From Escherichia coli (GTDB taxonomy: Bacteria; Pseudomonadota; Gammaproteobacteria; Enterobacterales; Enterobacteriaceae), in the NCBI RefSeq assembly GCF_003019035.1, contig NZ_CP027447.1: a DNA stretch of 64,000 nt; one strand, 5' to 3'. Under the pieces are notes generated by a model that worked only from the letters and a program-made list of their open reading frames with translations, made no database searches and had not been told where the DNA came from. Shown here piece after piece: positions 11,539 through 23,120 of the stretch; position 1 is the stretch's first letter; every line of letters starts with the position of its first letter. Position numbers and translations under genes: made by a program.

Positions 11539-12762
11539 TTATCCCCGAATATCATTTATAAATTGACGTAACACGTTCTCTTTATCGAGCGTGCGTTCGG
11601 CATATTCACGTGCCACCGTGTTGTGTTTGGGCAGCAGGAGCGCCTGACGGATCCCCGCCACCAGCGCCTCGACCGATTCCGGTTCTACGCAAACCGCAAT
11701 GCCCGGAAAGGTTTCGCAAAGCTGTCCCAGTTCTGTGTGGGCTTCAGCAGTAATCACCGCGTTACCGCCTACCGCCAGAATATTGGTCAGTTTCGACGGC
11801 AATACGGCATCTGCCGCGCCGCGTTTTTGCACCACCAGATGGCAATCCCCCATCTTCAGCAGTGCGGGTAAAGCGTCATACGATTGCAGCGGGAAAAATT
11901 GCATGTTGCGCAGTCCACGCTGCTGCGCCATTTTTTCCAGCCGCGCTTTGCCGCCGCCCTGCCCGACAATGGCAAAAATCAGCGGTTCATCGCGCAGACG
12001 ATCGGCAGCTTCAATAACGTTTTCCAGCCCCTGCTTTTCACCAATATTGCCGGAGTAAAGAATGATTTTTTTGTTATCCGGCAGGTCAAGCTGGTTACGA
12101 AGGGCGTCAACATCGGCATCTGCAACATGCTGAAAACGGGCAATTTCCGACCAGTTGGGGAAGAAGATGACGTTTTCCGCCGCCACGCCTTTTTCGATGG
12201 CTTTATTCATCATCGAACGCGAAATCGTGGAGACGTTATCGACGTTATTCAGTCCGCTACGTTCGAACGCCGTTGCCAGCTGTGCCACTTTGCCGCCTTT
12301 GCCTTTTCCGGCAAGGCCCAGCCCCAGCATGGCGTCCACTTCGTAATCCTGAATATGTAGCACCGTGCGCGCACCAGACAGTTTCGCCAGCAGGCGCATT
12401 CCCGGCGTGCAAAACAGCGTTGGTACCACGCCGATAATGCGATCCGGCTTCCAGCGACGTTGCGCCATCAGCGGAAAGAAACTGCTGGCGGCAAAACTGC
12501 CGAGATGCAACAGGCGTTTCAGGGTGCTCGGCTGTTTTGGTACGTACAGCGGGCAGCGCCACACCGTGGCGGCCCCCTCTTCTCGTTTGTACCGCCAGGC
12601 GGAATAGTTCTCGCCCACCTGCCATTGCGGGTAGTAAGGCGGTGCGGTAATAACCCGCACCTCATGACCTTGTGCCGCCAGCCATTCCACCATCTCGCCG
12701 GTGTACTTGCCGATGCCGGTTAACTCCGGCGAGTAGTTAATGCCGTAGACCAGTATTTTCAT
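11539..12762 (-). CDS. wcaI: Colanic acid glycosyltransferase WcaI
   Basis: 407-aa GT-B like ORF; cluster position. Confidence 0.9.
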   Translation of the reverse strand: MKILVYGINYSPELTGIGKYTGEMVEWLAAQGHEVRVITAPPYYPQWQVGENYSAWRYKREEGAATVWRCPLYVPKQPSTLKRLLHLGSFAASSFFPLMAQRRWKPDRIIGVVPTLFCTPGMRLLAKLSGARTVLHIQDYEVDAMLGLGLAGKGKGGKVAQLATAFERSGLNNVDNVSTISRSMMNKAIEKGVAAENVIFFPNWSEIARFQHVADADVDALRNQLDLPDNKKIILYSGNIGEKQGLENVIEAADRLRDEPLIFAIVGQGGGKARLEKMAQQRGLRNMQFFPLQSYDALPALLKMGDCHLVVQKRGAADAVLPSKLTNILAVGGNAVITAEAHTELGQLCETFPGIAVCVEPESVEALVAGIRQALLLPKHNTVAREYAERTLDKENVLRQFINDIRG

Positions 12763-13241
12763 AATCCGGGTACTCCGGCACGCTTCTCAGCGAGAAAATA
12801 GGCGCGGCTGTTAGCGTGAACATTGTCACTGGCGAGCAACGCGTCCGGCGTCAGCCAGCGGTAATCGTCATGCTGCTCATCCGGCAGTAACAGCTCTTCT
12901 TCCGCTACTCTGATGCGAAAACCGAGCACCACATAGTGAGTGGTAAAATCCGAGCCGGAGAAGTTATCGTCATAAAAGTGCTGCCAGACACCGTAAAACT
13001 GGCCTGCTGTTATCGGCAGACGCAACCCCAGTTCCGCAAGCGTCAGCCGCTCAAATGCGGCTTCCAGCGTTTCGTCTTTCTGCACGCGCCCTCCCGGCAC
13101 AAACCAGTAACCCTGCGCCGGGCGGTTGGTTCTTTTGCCAAGCAGAAACTCGCCGCGACTGTTCTCGACAATAAAGTCGAGAGAGACAAGCGGTGTGGAG
13201 CGCACTACCGTGGCAAAGTCTTCCTGACGTAAAAACATCAT
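12759..13241 (-). CDS. gmm: GDP-mannose mannosyl hydrolase (Nudix); start may be the second Met at 13238
   Basis: 160-aa ORF with Nudix box ([23 protein letters not shown]). Confidence 0.9.
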   Translation of the reverse strand: MMFLRQEDFATVVRSTPLVSLDFIVENSRGEFLLGKRTNRPAQGYWFVPGGRVQKDETLEAAFERLTLAELGLRLPITAGQFYGVWQHFYDDNFSGSDFTTHYVVLGFRIRVAEEELLLPDEQHDDYRWLTPDALLASDNVHANSRAYFLAEKRAGVPGL

Positions 13242-14206
13242 TACCCCCGAAAGCGGTCTTGATTCTCAAGGAACCACTGGTAAGTGCTGGCAAGCCCCGC
13301 TTCCAGTGAGATTTCGTGATACCAGCCAAGCTGATGCAGGCGCGTCACATCCAGCAGTTTGCGCGGCGTACCATCCGGTTTACTGGCATCAAAAACCACC
13401 CGACCTTTGTAACCCACCACTTTGGCGATGGTTTGCGCCAGCTCGCGGATAGTGCAGTCAACGCCCGTGCCGACGTTAATGTGCGACAGCATCGGTTGGG
13501 TGTTCTCCAGCCAGACTTCGTGCGCCAGCTCCATCACATGAATGCTTGCCGCCGCCATATCATCGACATGCAGAAATTCACGCATCGGTGTACCGCTGCC
13601 CCATACCACCACGTCCGGCGCATTCTGTGCCGTCGCCTCGTGGAAGCGACGCAGCAATGCAGGGATCACATGCGAATTACTCGGGTGGAAGTTGTCATGC
13701 GGGCCATACAGGTTGGTCGGCATGACAGAGCGGTAATCGCGTCCGTACTGGCGGTTGTAAGATTCGCACAGTTTGATCCCGGCGATTTTGGCAATGGCGT
13801 ATGGCTCGTTGGTCGGCTCCAGCGTGCCCTGTAACAGCTCGCTTTCTGCCATCGGCTGTTTTGCCAGTTTTGGGTAGATACAGGACGATCCGAGAAACAG
13901 CAGTTTGTTGACGTCGTTCTGATGCGCGGCGTGAATGATGTTGCTCTCAATCATCATGTTCTGGTAGATGAAATCTGCCGGATATGTGTTGTTGGCAACA
14001 ATGCCGCCCACTTTCGCCGCCGCCAGATAGACCTGGTCAATGCGTTCGCTGGCAAAGAAATCATGCACGGCGCGGCTGTCCAGCAGGTTCAGCTCGTCGC
14101 GGGTACGTAATACCAGTTCCACATCACCGCGCTGTTCGAGCTGACGGGTGATAGCGGAACCGACCATCCCGCGATGACCAGCAATAAAAATGCGTTGTTT
14201 ACTCAT
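13241..14206 (-). CDS. fcl: GDP-L-fucose synthase
   Basis: 321-aa SDR-type [22 protein letters not shown]…. Confidence 0.93.
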   Translation of the reverse strand: MSKQRIFIAGHRGMVGSAITRQLEQRGDVELVLRTRDELNLLDSRAVHDFFASERIDQVYLAAAKVGGIVANNTYPADFIYQNMMIESNIIHAAHQNDVNKLLFLGSSCIYPKLAKQPMAESELLQGTLEPTNEPYAIAKIAGIKLCESYNRQYGRDYRSVMPTNLYGPHDNFHPSNSHVIPALLRRFHEATAQNAPDVVVWGSGTPMREFLHVDDMAAASIHVMELAHEVWLENTQPMLSHINVGTGVDCTIRELAQTIAKVVGYKGRVVFDASKPDGTPRKLLDVTRLHQLGWYHEISLEAGLASTYQWFLENQDRFRG

Positions 14207-14208
14207 GC

Positions 14209-15330
14209 TTATGACTCCAGCGCGATCGCCACGTCGTAGCCGTGAGATTTCAGCAGAGAGTGTTTTTTCGCCGCTTCGAGGTCATTAGCCACCATTTCAG
14301 ACACCATCTCTCTGAGGGTGATTTCCGGTTTCCAGCCCAGTTTTTCGTGCGCTTTGGTCGGGTCGCCGAGCAGCGTTTCAACTTCTGCCGGACGGAAGTA
14401 ACGCGGGTCAACGGCGATAATCACATCGCCCGGTTTAACGCCCGGCGCGTCATGCCCGGTGACGGAAACCACAATGCCCTTCTCTTCAACGCCCGTGCCT
14501 TCAAAGCGCAGTTTGATGCCCAGCTGTGCCGCCGCCATTTCCACGAACTGACGCACGGAGTACTGAACGCCGGTAGCGATAACAAAATCTTCCGGTTGTT
14601 CCTGTTGCAGCATCATCCACTGCATTTTTACGTAGTCTTTGGCGTGGCCCCAGTCACGCAGGGAATCCATATTGCCGAGATACAGGCACGACTCCAGCCC
14701 CTGGGCGATATTGGCGATTGCGCGGGTGATTTTGCGAGTGACGAAGGTTTCGCCACGGCGCGGGGATTCATGGTTGAAGAGAATACCGTTGCAGGCGTAC
14801 ATGCCGTAGGATTCGCGGTAGTTAACGGTGATCCAGTAGGCGTACAGTTTGGCGACCGCATACGGAGATCGCGGGTAGAATGGCGTGGTTTCTTTCTGCG
14901 GAATTTCCTGCACCAGACCGTACAGTTCAGAAGTGGAAGCCTGATAGAAACGGGTTTTCTTTTCCAGGCCGAGGAAGCGGATCGCCTCGAGCAGGCGCAG
15001 CGTACCCATCGCATCAACGTCTGCGGTATATTCCGGCGACTCAAAAGAAACCGCAACGTGGCTCATTGCCCCCAGGTTGTACACTTCATCCGGCTGTACT
15101 TCACGCAAAATGCGCGTCAGGTTGGAGGTATCACTCAGGTCGCCATAATGCAGATGGAATTTCGGGTTGCAGGTGTGCGGATCCTGATAAATGTGATCCA
15201 CGCGCTCGGTGTTGAATGACGATGCACGACGCTTAATACCATGCACCTCGTAACCTTTTTCCAGCAGAAACTCTGCCAGGTAAGAACCGTCTTGTCCGGT
15301 TACACCGGTGATGAGAGCGACTTTTGACAT
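14209..15330 (-). CDS. gmd: GDP-mannose 4,6-dehydratase
   Basis: 373-aa [35 protein letters not shown]…. Confidence 0.95.
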
Positions 15331-15356
15331 GTCTTATTCCTCTGTATTTTTTGAAT

Positions 15357-15905
15357 TTATTCAGTTTCAACGCGTTCGCGTATCACCACTGCGGGATTCC
15401 CCCGGCAAACCACATTTGCCGGAAGCGATTTAAAAACACTGCTTCGCGCACCCACGACGGTGCCGTTGCCGATCGTGACGCCAGGGGCAACAAAAACATC
15501 TGTCGCCAGCCAGCATTTCTCGCCAATCACAATAGGCGTGGCGTTAATGGTGAAATGTTGACTTGCATGGTCGTGGCTCCCGGTGCATAAATAACTTTTT
15601 TGCGATATCACCGAATGTGCGCCAATGGTTATTTCACCGAGGGTATATAAATTGACCTCATCACCGACCCACGCGTAATCACCTAAAGTTAATTTCCACG
15701 GATAGGTAATTTTTACTGACGGACGAATAACTACGTTTTTTCCTATTTTTGCCCCGAATAAACGTAATAAAAAAGCCCGCCAGCGATACAATACTTGTGG
15801 CGACCAGGAAAATAATGTTGCCTGTACTGCCCACCACAATTGCACTTTAATAGCGTTGCCGCCCCGGAACCCTTTCGGCACCGAGAAACCGCTTAAATCT
15901 TGCAT
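15357..15905 (-). CDS. wcaF: Colanic acid acetyltransferase WcaF (hexapeptide-repeat)
   Basis: Left-handed beta-helix hexapeptide repeats; start taken at second ATG (MQDLSGF…). Confidence 0.88.
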   Translation of the reverse strand: MQDLSGFSVPKGFRGGNAIKVQLWWAVQATLFSWSPQVLYRWRAFLLRLFGAKIGKNVVIRPSVKITYPWKLTLGDYAWVGDEVNLYTLGEITIGAHSVISQKSYLCTGSHDHASQHFTINATPIVIGEKCWLATDVFVAPGVTIGNGTVVGARSSVFKSLPANVVCRGNPAVVIRERVETE

Positions 15906-15920
15906 CATTTTCCCTTATAT

Positions 15921-16667
15921 TCAGCTTTTGTTATATAAGGCTTTCGTCTTTGAGGTAGTACGCTGGCGTAAATGCCAGGATAATTCTGCCCAGAAGCCAG
16001 GTACATGTAATATTTGCCGTTGGACTTTTTTCGCGTCAGCACACAATTCCATATTATTGGTGGTAGATACCCCACCCATGGAAAATTCAGACACCAGGCC
16101 ATTGAGTTTTCTAAATGCATAACCAGCTTTATACATTTTGGCTGCCAGCGCGTAATCGGAAGAAACTTTATATTCCAGGTCATAACGCCATTTTTTCAAG
16201 CCGGATACCGGAAAAAATATCGCCTGATGACTGGCGGGCAGGCTGTGATAAATATACCAGCCCGGTTTGGCGCTACGTTTAATTTTATGACCGTCGCCAA
16301 AATCCAGCAGCGCATCGCCGGTGATCATCACGTTATCTTTTTGCATTTTTAACTTACGGACAAAATTTGCGGCATCCTGATGAAAAATATCGCCCGAGTT
16401 GAGAAACAACGCGAACTTGCCTTGTGCCATCGCAATGCCTTTATTCATGGCATCGTAGATACCGTTATCTGGCTCGCTGACAAAGCGTAGGTTATAGATA
16501 CCATTGAGATTTTCCAGATACTCACGGGTACCGTCATTGGAACCGCCATCGACAACAATCCATTCGAAGCTGATATCGTCAGCCTGCGCCAGATGCGCCA
16601 ACGAGGCATGTGTTTTGACTATCCCTGCGAGGTTACGAAACGCGACAGTGATTATGCTAAGCAACAT
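15921..16667 (-). CDS. wcaE: Colanic acid glycosyltransferase WcaE (GT2)
   Basis: 248-aa ORF with GT2 signature ([10 protein letters not shown], DxD-like SGD). Confidence 0.9.
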   Translation of the reverse strand: MLLSIITVAFRNLAGIVKTHASLAHLAQADDISFEWIVVDGGSNDGTREYLENLNGIYNLRFVSEPDNGIYDAMNKGIAMAQGKFALFLNSGDIFHQDAANFVRKLKMQKDNVMITGDALLDFGDGHKIKRSAKPGWYIYHSLPASHQAIFFPVSGLKKWRYDLEYKVSSDYALAAKMYKAGYAFRKLNGLVSEFSMGGVSTTNNMELCADAKKVQRQILHVPGFWAELSWHLRQRTTSKTKALYNKS

Positions 16668-16677
16668 GTTCTTATTC

Positions 16678-17895
16678 TTACCTCGTAATATTTAACGCTT
16701 TTCGCAAAATAAACGGACAGACGATTAAAAATGCATATTCCGGGCTAAATATCGAACCGGTAAAAAACAGCGATACCGGAGTAAAAAGATATAATTGCAC
16801 GCGAAAATTGCGGTTATCACCAAAAGCGTTGATCATCATTTTTATCACTTTCCCCATGTACCACAGTGATAAAAACACCGCGAACCAGGAAAAATAAATA
16901 ATCAGCAGATACAAACCATTGTCTATGGTTTTTCCGACATCCGCACCGTTAAATATTCCGAATGATGCGACATATTCATAAAGTGAGCCAAATCTGACTA
17001 CACCGTCAATATGGGTCAAAGAATAACCGACCATCACCAGCGGACCGACAATACGATAATATGATGACGATCCTTCTGTACCTAAATCGCCCAGACGGGT
17101 GGAAATATAAGGAAATGCAATTACCACACCAACCAGGAATACAGCCAGAGAAATCAATGCTAACGGTAACTTTTTCTTAATCGCCTCTTTATTCAGATAT
17201 TGAAATGCCCACTCCAGCAAATAAAACAGGATAAAGGTCATAACCCCTGAAAACGATCCGGATAATATTATCCCTGCGAGAATCATAGCATCGGTTTTAG
17301 GTGTTTTGATACCAAACTGTTTGATGCTGAGCCAAATTGAGATTAATGCCAGAGCGAAAAATGCCGGTTCGAAATAAAGTGCTGTCGTGCGCTTGCCGCC
17401 GAATTTGATGAAATTCAGCACATAGCTGTTGCTGTAAATCAGATATTTCGAAATCGACTCCATAATACTGCTGCCACCGGTGAGGATAATTTGCGCCATC
17501 TCCACTGCCGCCAGCGCCACCACCAGCCCGACCACCAGATAAAAGAAACGTAATATCTTGCGATGGTTGTGTGGCGAAATTGTTTTAAAACGAATACTCC
17601 ACACCATGCCAATAATGATCACAATATAGACAAACAGCATGGTTGAAGTGACGTATTTACTGGCATCCAACGACTGACCAAACAGGTAGTTAAACGCCGT
17701 GAGTCCCGCGCCAATCCCTAAGGCAATCATCAATTTTTTAATGCTGATGCGTTCTAAAAACAGCAGTAACAAGACAGGTAAAAAAGTGACGATGGTGATG
17801 GGGAAACTTTCGCCAAGCTGGGCGATTTTGACGTTAACCAACAGGTAAATCAGCGGCAGCAGCAGGTAGCTACAGATTCTGATAGAAGTTGACAT
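16678..17895 (-). CDS. wcaD: Colanic acid polymerase WcaD (Wzy-type)
   Basis: Polytopic membrane ORF; start taken at [12 protein letters not shown]… (ATG at 17895); AT-rich codon usage. Confidence 0.85.
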   Translation of the reverse strand: MSTSIRICSYLLLPLIYLLVNVKIAQLGESFPITIVTFLPVLLLLFLERISIKKLMIALGIGAGLTAFNYLFGQSLDASKYVTSTMLFVYIVIIIGMVWSIRFKTISPHNHRKILRFFYLVVGLVVALAAVEMAQIILTGGSSIMESISKYLIYSNSYVLNFIKFGGKRTTALYFEPAFFALALISIWLSIKQFGIKTPKTDAMILAGIILSGSFSGVMTFILFYLLEWAFQYLNKEAIKKKLPLALISLAVFLVGVVIAFPYISTRLGDLGTEGSSSYYRIVGPLVMVGYSLTHIDGVVRFGSLYEYVASFGIFNGADVGKTIDNGLYLLIIYFSWFAVFLSLWYMGKVIKMMINAFGDNRNFRVQLYLFTPVSLFFTGSIFSPEYAFLIVCPFILRKALNITR

Positions 17896-19087
17896 ACTCC
17901 TCCAGCATCTGTTGTCCACTGTAGGCGGCGCGGCTGCGTTGGCTGAACTCAGCCAGCGTGGTACTAAATATCGCCTGCGCGATTTCCGGTTTGCTTAACT
18001 GCACCAGTTTCAGCACCTCTTCTTCGCTGACGGTTTTACCGCCGGATTTTTGCAGCACTTCCCGCGCCGCATCGCTATGGGTGGCAATCACCGGCACGCC
18101 AATTGATAGCGCCTCACACAAAATCAGTGGGTAGTTATCGACGCGAGAACTGAATACCAGCGCATCCATCTGATTGAGCGCGCTCATCAACTTGCGCTTG
18201 TCAGTTTCAAAGCCGTGATTAACCACGTTGCCAGCGGTGAACGGCGAGAACTTACCAAAGGTATGCAGTTCAATTTTGTCGCCCAGCGCCATCATCTCAC
18301 GCACCAGTTGCTGGTTAGTTTTGCCGTCGTAACGCAGATCATGCGCCACCACCGCGATTTTCGGCTTGCCCTGGGTTTCGCGCACCGGAGGCAAGTCCGC
18401 CAGAATCGCTTCGGTTGCCATATCAATGCCATTATTGATAATCCGGCAACGCCCTGGACCGTACAGACTATTGAAAGCATCAGCCACATGCTGGCTGGGG
18501 GAAATAAACTGACAGCCCAGCGCCAGCATCTCACGGAATAACTGGCGTTTGCCCGCCACCAGCTGGTGTGCGCGATCAATCTTCACCGGCGGATAGTTAT
18601 TTAAGGTCGGGCATTTCTGGCAGCCCGTTTTCCAGCCTTCGCAACCGTCGGTAAAGGCGCAGCGCCCGGTAACGCTCCAGTGGTCGTGCAGCGTCCAGAC
18701 CAGAGTGACATCCGGTTTGTGGTTTTTCACCTTTTCGCAAAAGCGCACCACGCTCTTAAGATTTAGCCAGTAGCTGTGCAGCACATGAAAATGCAGGACC
18801 ACCGGACCCGGTGTGCGAGTAATGGTGCGATATAACTCATTGAAATTGCCAAACAGATCGCGATTAAACAGACGAAACAGGGCAATGTTCGCCATCGCGG
18901 TCATCCGCGGCGTATGTTTGATGACATGCGGATAGTTTTGATGGCTGACGCTCTCTTTGCCGCCTTTGCCGTAGCCGTAGACAAAATGTGACGCCAGCCC
19001 CTGTTGCAGCGCACGCTGGTGGAGATCTAACGCCACACCTGCTGCCCCGCCTTCCGCCAGTCGCACATTGAATTGCAGAATATTCAT
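17870..19087 (-). CDS. wcaC: Colanic acid glycosyltransferase WcaC
   Basis: 405-aa GT4-like ORF; overlaps wcaD start by 26 nt. Confidence 0.9.
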   Translation of the reverse strand: MNILQFNVRLAEGGAAGVALDLHQRALQQGLASHFVYGYGKGGKESVSHQNYPHVIKHTPRMTAMANIALFRLFNRDLFGNFNELYRTITRTPGPVVLHFHVLHSYWLNLKSVVRFCEKVKNHKPDVTLVWTLHDHWSVTGRCAFTDGCEGWKTGCQKCPTLNNYPPVKIDRAHQLVAGKRQLFREMLALGCQFISPSQHVADAFNSLYGPGRCRIINNGIDMATEAILADLPPVRETQGKPKIAVVAHDLRYDGKTNQQLVREMMALGDKIELHTFGKFSPFTAGNVVNHGFETDKRKLMSALNQMDALVFSSRVDNYPLILCEALSIGVPVIATHSDAAREVLQKSGGKTVSEEEVLKLVQLSKPEIAQAIFSTTLAEFSQRSRAAYSGQQMLEEYVNFYQNL

Positions 19088-19572
19088 TTAATTACCTTCA
19101 CTCGCGCTTTTTCTCCCACCACCAGCGCGTTGTCCGGGACAGAGTCGAGCACCACGCTGCCCGCGCCCACGGTGACGTTGTTACCAAGCGTGATATCACC
19201 AAGAATAATGACGTTGGCACCGAGTTCGACGCCGTTGCCAATGTGTGGACATGCCATGTTATCGGCACCACGATTGCCGATAGTGACGCCGTGACGAATG
19301 GTGAAATCATCCCCCGCGACCACGTTTTTATTGATCACCACGGCGTAACCGTGATGGATAGTAAAGCGTCGGCCTATGGTCGCGGCGGCCTGGATTTCAT
19401 AACCGAAAAAGCATTCGGTGATAATGCGATACAGCACCAGCAGCGGGGCCGCCCACAGATTGTTGAGGACGTTCTTTTTGCGCCACACCGAACAAAAATG
19501 AGCGACGCGATAGGCAAGAACCATGCAGCACGGACGTAAACTCCAGCTGTTGGCGCGCAGATCTTCCAGCAT
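19084..19572 (-). CDS. wcaB: Colanic acid acetyltransferase WcaB (serine acetyltransferase-like)
   Basis: 162-aa hexapeptide-repeat ORF. Confidence 0.9.
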   Translation of the reverse strand: MLEDLRANSWSLRPCCMVLAYRVAHFCSVWRKKNVLNNLWAAPLLVLYRIITECFFGYEIQAAATIGRRFTIHHGYAVVINKNVVAGDDFTIRHGVTIGNRGADNMACPHIGNGVELGANVIILGDITLGNNVTVGAGSVVLDSVPDNALVVGEKARVKVIK

Positions 19573-19574
19573 CT

Positions 19575-20414
19575 TTAGCGCCCCCGAATACCATCAGCCA
19601 GACGTTTGCCGTTACGCACCGACAGCAGCGTCAGCAAAGTGCGCCAGGTCATGCGTTTATTGCGGATCTGGTAGAGGGTAAACAGCTGATATTTTTTGCT
19701 GGCGCGGTCGAATTTGTCTTTGTGCTTGCGGTAAAAGTGGAAGTATCCGGAGAATTTTTTCGGTGACGAGGTGATCTGCATTTCACCATGATTGATATGC
19801 AGGATCTGCGTCGCCTCTTCCACTTTCCACGGTTCGCCGTACTCCACCACCATCCGCAGGAAGATGTCGTAATCCTGTGCCGCTTTCAGTTTGGTATCGA
19901 ACAAGCACTCTTTGAAACGCCACGCCCAGGTAAAGACCTGATTGCCAATGATATTGCGTTTGTAGAACAGGCGGCGTGAATACGGCGATTTGGGATACAG
20001 CGGCAAGCTTGCCGGTTGGGAATAGACTTCGCCCTGGCAAACGTAGTCGTTAGCGTACAAAAAGGCGTGAGTGACCAGTTGCTGTTTATGGGCGAGGAAG
20101 ACGCTCAGGCGGTTGGGTGTCCATTCATCATCATCATCGATCCCGGTGATGTATTCCCCTTGCGCCAGCATAATCGCCTGGTTACGTACCGCGCACGCCC
20201 CGCTGTTAATGTCGTTGTGAATGTAAGTGATACGCGGATCGTTGAGGGCGGTGACGTACTGTTGTAGTTGTTCCCAGGAGGTGGAGCAATCATCCACGAT
20301 GATCATCTCCCAGTTACTGTAGTCCTGGCGCAGGACCGATTTTATCGCCCGAATCGCCAGTTGTTGACGGTTCCAGGTCGGCATATAGATTGAAATCAGC
20401 GGATTGTCTTTCAT
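19575..20414 (-). CDS. wcaA: Colanic acid glycosyltransferase WcaA (GT2)
   Basis: 279-aa ORF MKDNPLISIYMPTWNRQQLAIRAIKSV… DDD motif. Confidence 0.9.
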   Translation of the reverse strand: MKDNPLISIYMPTWNRQQLAIRAIKSVLRQDYSNWEMIIVDDCSTSWEQLQQYVTALNDPRITYIHNDINSGACAVRNQAIMLAQGEYITGIDDDDEWTPNRLSVFLAHKQQLVTHAFLYANDYVCQGEVYSQPASLPLYPKSPYSRRLFYKRNIIGNQVFTWAWRFKECLFDTKLKAAQDYDIFLRMVVEYGEPWKVEEATQILHINHGEMQITSSPKKFSGYFHFYRKHKDKFDRASKKYQLFTLYQIRNKRMTWRTLLTLLSVRNGKRLADGIRGR

Positions 20415-20447
20415 AGGTTGTTCTCCCGGCTTATGAGCTGGTTTGCT

Positions 20448-20481
20448 TGCCGGATGCGGCGTGAACGCCTTATCCGGCCTA
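20448..20481. repeat. REP (repetitive extragenic palindromic) element
   Basis: gccggatgcggcgtgaacgccttatccggcctac, canonical E. coli REP consensus. Confidence 0.8.
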
Positions 20482-20506
20482 CGGGGCGGTGCGAATGCAG
20501 GCGTCG

Positions 20507-22669
20507 TTATTTCGCATCCGACTTATATTCGTATTCGTAATAGCCATAATCCTGATACGCGCTGGCGCGGCGGAAGATGGAGTTCAGAATCACCCCTTTC
20601 ACCGGAATACCGTTTTGCTCAAAGCGGCTCAGACTGGTTTCCACTTCTTTCAATGTGTTGACCGCATAACGCGCCACCATTAACGTGGTTCCGACATGAC
20701 GACCAACAATTGCCGCATCGGTCACTGCCAGAATCGGCGGCGTATCAATCAACACCAGGTCGTAGTTTTTACTCGCCCAGTTCACCAGTTCGGCAAAGCG
20801 TTCGCTCATCAACAGTTCAGAAGGATTTGGCGGCACCTGACCGCGCGGGATCAGGTCAAATTTGGCAATAGAGGTCGGTTTAGCAGCGGTAGTAATATCG
20901 CCCTGTCCAATCAGAATTTCCGACAGGCCATTAACGTTATTAGTGCCCAACAGCTCGTGGGTGTAGCCTTTGCGCATATCGCAGTCGATCAACAACACCC
21001 GTTTATTGGTCTGGCTAATCACCGCCGCCAGGTTGGCGCAGACAAAGGTTTTACCGATTGACGGGCTAACCCCGGTCATCATCAACACATTGTTCTGCGC
21101 CTGCATCATCGCGAAGTGCAGACTGGTACGCAGACTACGGATGGCTTCAATCGCCAGATCGGTTGGATTCCCCACCGCCAGTAGCTGGCTCTGTTTATAG
21201 CGTTTAATCCCTTTGATGGTTTTGACGCTATCGCGCGCTTTCTGCCATTCCGACAACGGGATGCTGGCATAGACACTGATACCGTGTTCTTCCAGCACCT
21301 GCGGGCTTTCGATGCCGCGATTAAACAACGAGCGCAGCAGCACACCCACGATAGAGAGCATCAGGCCAAGGATAATCGCGCCGAGGATAATCAGCCCTTT
21401 CTTCGGTTTTAGCACGCCAGGCTGGGTGATTGCCGGGTCAACAATGCGCACATCGCCGACGGTGCTGGCTTCGGTGATTTTCAGCTCCTGCTCTTTATTC
21501 AGCAGTTGCATATAGACCTGTTGACCAGACTCGACATCGCGGGTCAGACGGACAATTTCCTGCTGGGTTTTCGGCATCGCCGTTACGCGACCGTTAAGTT
21601 TGGCTTTTTCGTCTTCCAGCGCCTGCCGTTTCTCCAGCAGCGTGCGGTACGCCGGGTGAACTTTGGTGTACAGCTTGGAGATTTCCGCCTCTTTAAAGGT
21701 CAGTTCGTTCAACTGCGCGTCGATGTTCACCATTGAATCAAGCACCGCTTTCGCTTCCAGCGGCAGATCAACAGAATCTTTATCCTGACGGAAGGCATTC
21801 AGTTTGTTTTCGGCAACATCAAGGCGGCTACGTACTTCCGGTAACTGTTGCGCGAGGAAGGCGAGGCTTTTCGACGCTTCCGCCGATTTGCGCTCAATAT
21901 TTTGCTCCTGATAGTTACGGGCGATACTGTTAAGAATGTCGCGGATCTGTTCGCGATCTTCACCGGTATAAGTCAGGCTCAGTACGCCTGCGTCTTTGCC
22001 GTTCTCCGTTACCGTCAGGCTGTTTTGCAGTTGGTTGATCATCCCCAGCGTGGAGTATTTGGTGACGGTAAACTCACTGCCCGGGCTGGCGTGAATGGCT
22101 TCAACCATCAGCGTGACGCCTTCTTTTTTCAGCATCTGGCCCGCTTGCCCACGGGCGCTAAAGCCGCCATCGCTGCTCAGAGTGTAGTTTTTATCGTCCA
22201 GCACATTAAGCGTAAACACCTGATCCGCCATCTCTTTCGGGCGGTTAAAGATGGTCACTTTTACCGTCTCGTTCTGGCGTCCCATCAGGCGATCCCAGCC
22301 CGCACCGAAAATCGGGAACGTGTTTTTGCTCACTGCAATATCGAGGTCGAGATCGTCCACCGTTTTACCAAGCACCAGACGCGAACGAATCAACTGGATC
22401 TCGGCGTCCGATGCTGGCGGTTTGTTGGCTAATGCCGAACCAATGTCCTGCACTAACGAATTGCCGCTGTTTTGCTCGATTTGTACCAGTGCGTCGGCAC
22501 TATAAATCGGCGTGGCGAAGAAGGTGTAAACCACGGCACAGAGGGCAAATACGGCGGTGATGCCAATTACCCACCAGCGCGCTTCAATGACGGTGCCGAC
22601 CAGGCGACCAATATCGATTTCATCACTGCCCGTTACCGGAGCGGCATGTTGTTTTACTTTTTCTGTCAT
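20507..22669 (-). CDS. wzc: Tyrosine autokinase Wzc (BY-kinase) with C-terminal Tyr-rich tail
   Basis: 720-aa protein MTEKVKQHAAP…; Walker A GVSPSIGKT; C-terminal YQDYGYYEYEYKSDAK. Confidence 0.95.
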   Translation of the reverse strand: MTEKVKQHAAPVTGSDEIDIGRLVGTVIEARWWVIGITAVFALCAVVYTFFATPIYSADALVQIEQNSGNSLVQDIGSALANKPPASDAEIQLIRSRLVLGKTVDDLDLDIAVSKNTFPIFGAGWDRLMGRQNETVKVTIFNRPKEMADQVFTLNVLDDKNYTLSSDGGFSARGQAGQMLKKEGVTLMVEAIHASPGSEFTVTKYSTLGMINQLQNSLTVTENGKDAGVLSLTYTGEDREQIRDILNSIARNYQEQNIERKSAEASKSLAFLAQQLPEVRSRLDVAENKLNAFRQDKDSVDLPLEAKAVLDSMVNIDAQLNELTFKEAEISKLYTKVHPAYRTLLEKRQALEDEKAKLNGRVTAMPKTQQEIVRLTRDVESGQQVYMQLLNKEQELKITEASTVGDVRIVDPAITQPGVLKPKKGLIILGAIILGLMLSIVGVLLRSLFNRGIESPQVLEEHGISVYASIPLSEWQKARDSVKTIKGIKRYKQSQLLAVGNPTDLAIEAIRSLRTSLHFAMMQAQNNVLMMTGVSPSIGKTFVCANLAAVISQTNKRVLLIDCDMRKGYTHELLGTNNVNGLSEILIGQGDITTAAKPTSIAKFDLIPRGQVPPNPSELLMSERFAELVNWASKNYDLVLIDTPPILAVTDAAIVGRHVGTTLMVARYAVNTLKEVETSLSRFEQNGIPVKGVILNSIFRRASAYQDYGYYEYEYKSDAK

Positions 22670-22671
22670 TC

Positions 22672-23115
22672 TTATACCTGCTCTGCGTTCAATGCCTGCG
22701 CCCACTGGCGGGCAGACCGTTCAAGTAATGTGTACACCGCTGCAAACGTTTCCCGGCTTTTGCGATACGGATCGGGGATTTCACATTCGTTATCCCAGTG
22801 ACCAAACAGCATCACTTTGCCGCGCATCTCAGGTGCCATCTCGCATAAGCGTTCGATATGGCGCTTTTCCATGGTCAAAATCAGGTCGTAGTTGCGACAC
22901 AGGCGACGGCTGATTTGCCGTGCACAGTGACCTTCCAGAGACAGTTGATGTTCTGCGGCGACGCTGATAGCAGTAGGGTCAGCGCCCTTACCGACCAGCG
23001 CGCCGAGTCCAGCGGACTCCACTTTCAGCTCCGGGTGATAACGTTGCAGTAAGCGTTCCGCCGTCGGGGAACGGCAAATATTGCCGACACAGACAACTAA
23101 GATGTTGTTAAACAT
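22672..23115 (-). CDS. wzb: Low-molecular-weight protein-tyrosine phosphatase Wzb
   Basis: 147-aa ORF with CVGNICRSP P-loop. Confidence 0.95.
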   Translation of the reverse strand: MFNNILVVCVGNICRSPTAERLLQRYHPELKVESAGLGALVGKGADPTAISVAAEHQLSLEGHCARQISRRLCRNYDLILTMEKRHIERLCEMAPEMRGKVMLFGHWDNECEIPDPYRKSRETFAAVYTLLERSARQWAQALNAEQV

Positions 23116-23120
23116 GACGA

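Noticed and set aside
14242-15219. 325-aa ORF on the plus strand
   Set aside because: Antisense shadow of gmd, whose own translation is an unmistakable GDP-mannose dehydratase.
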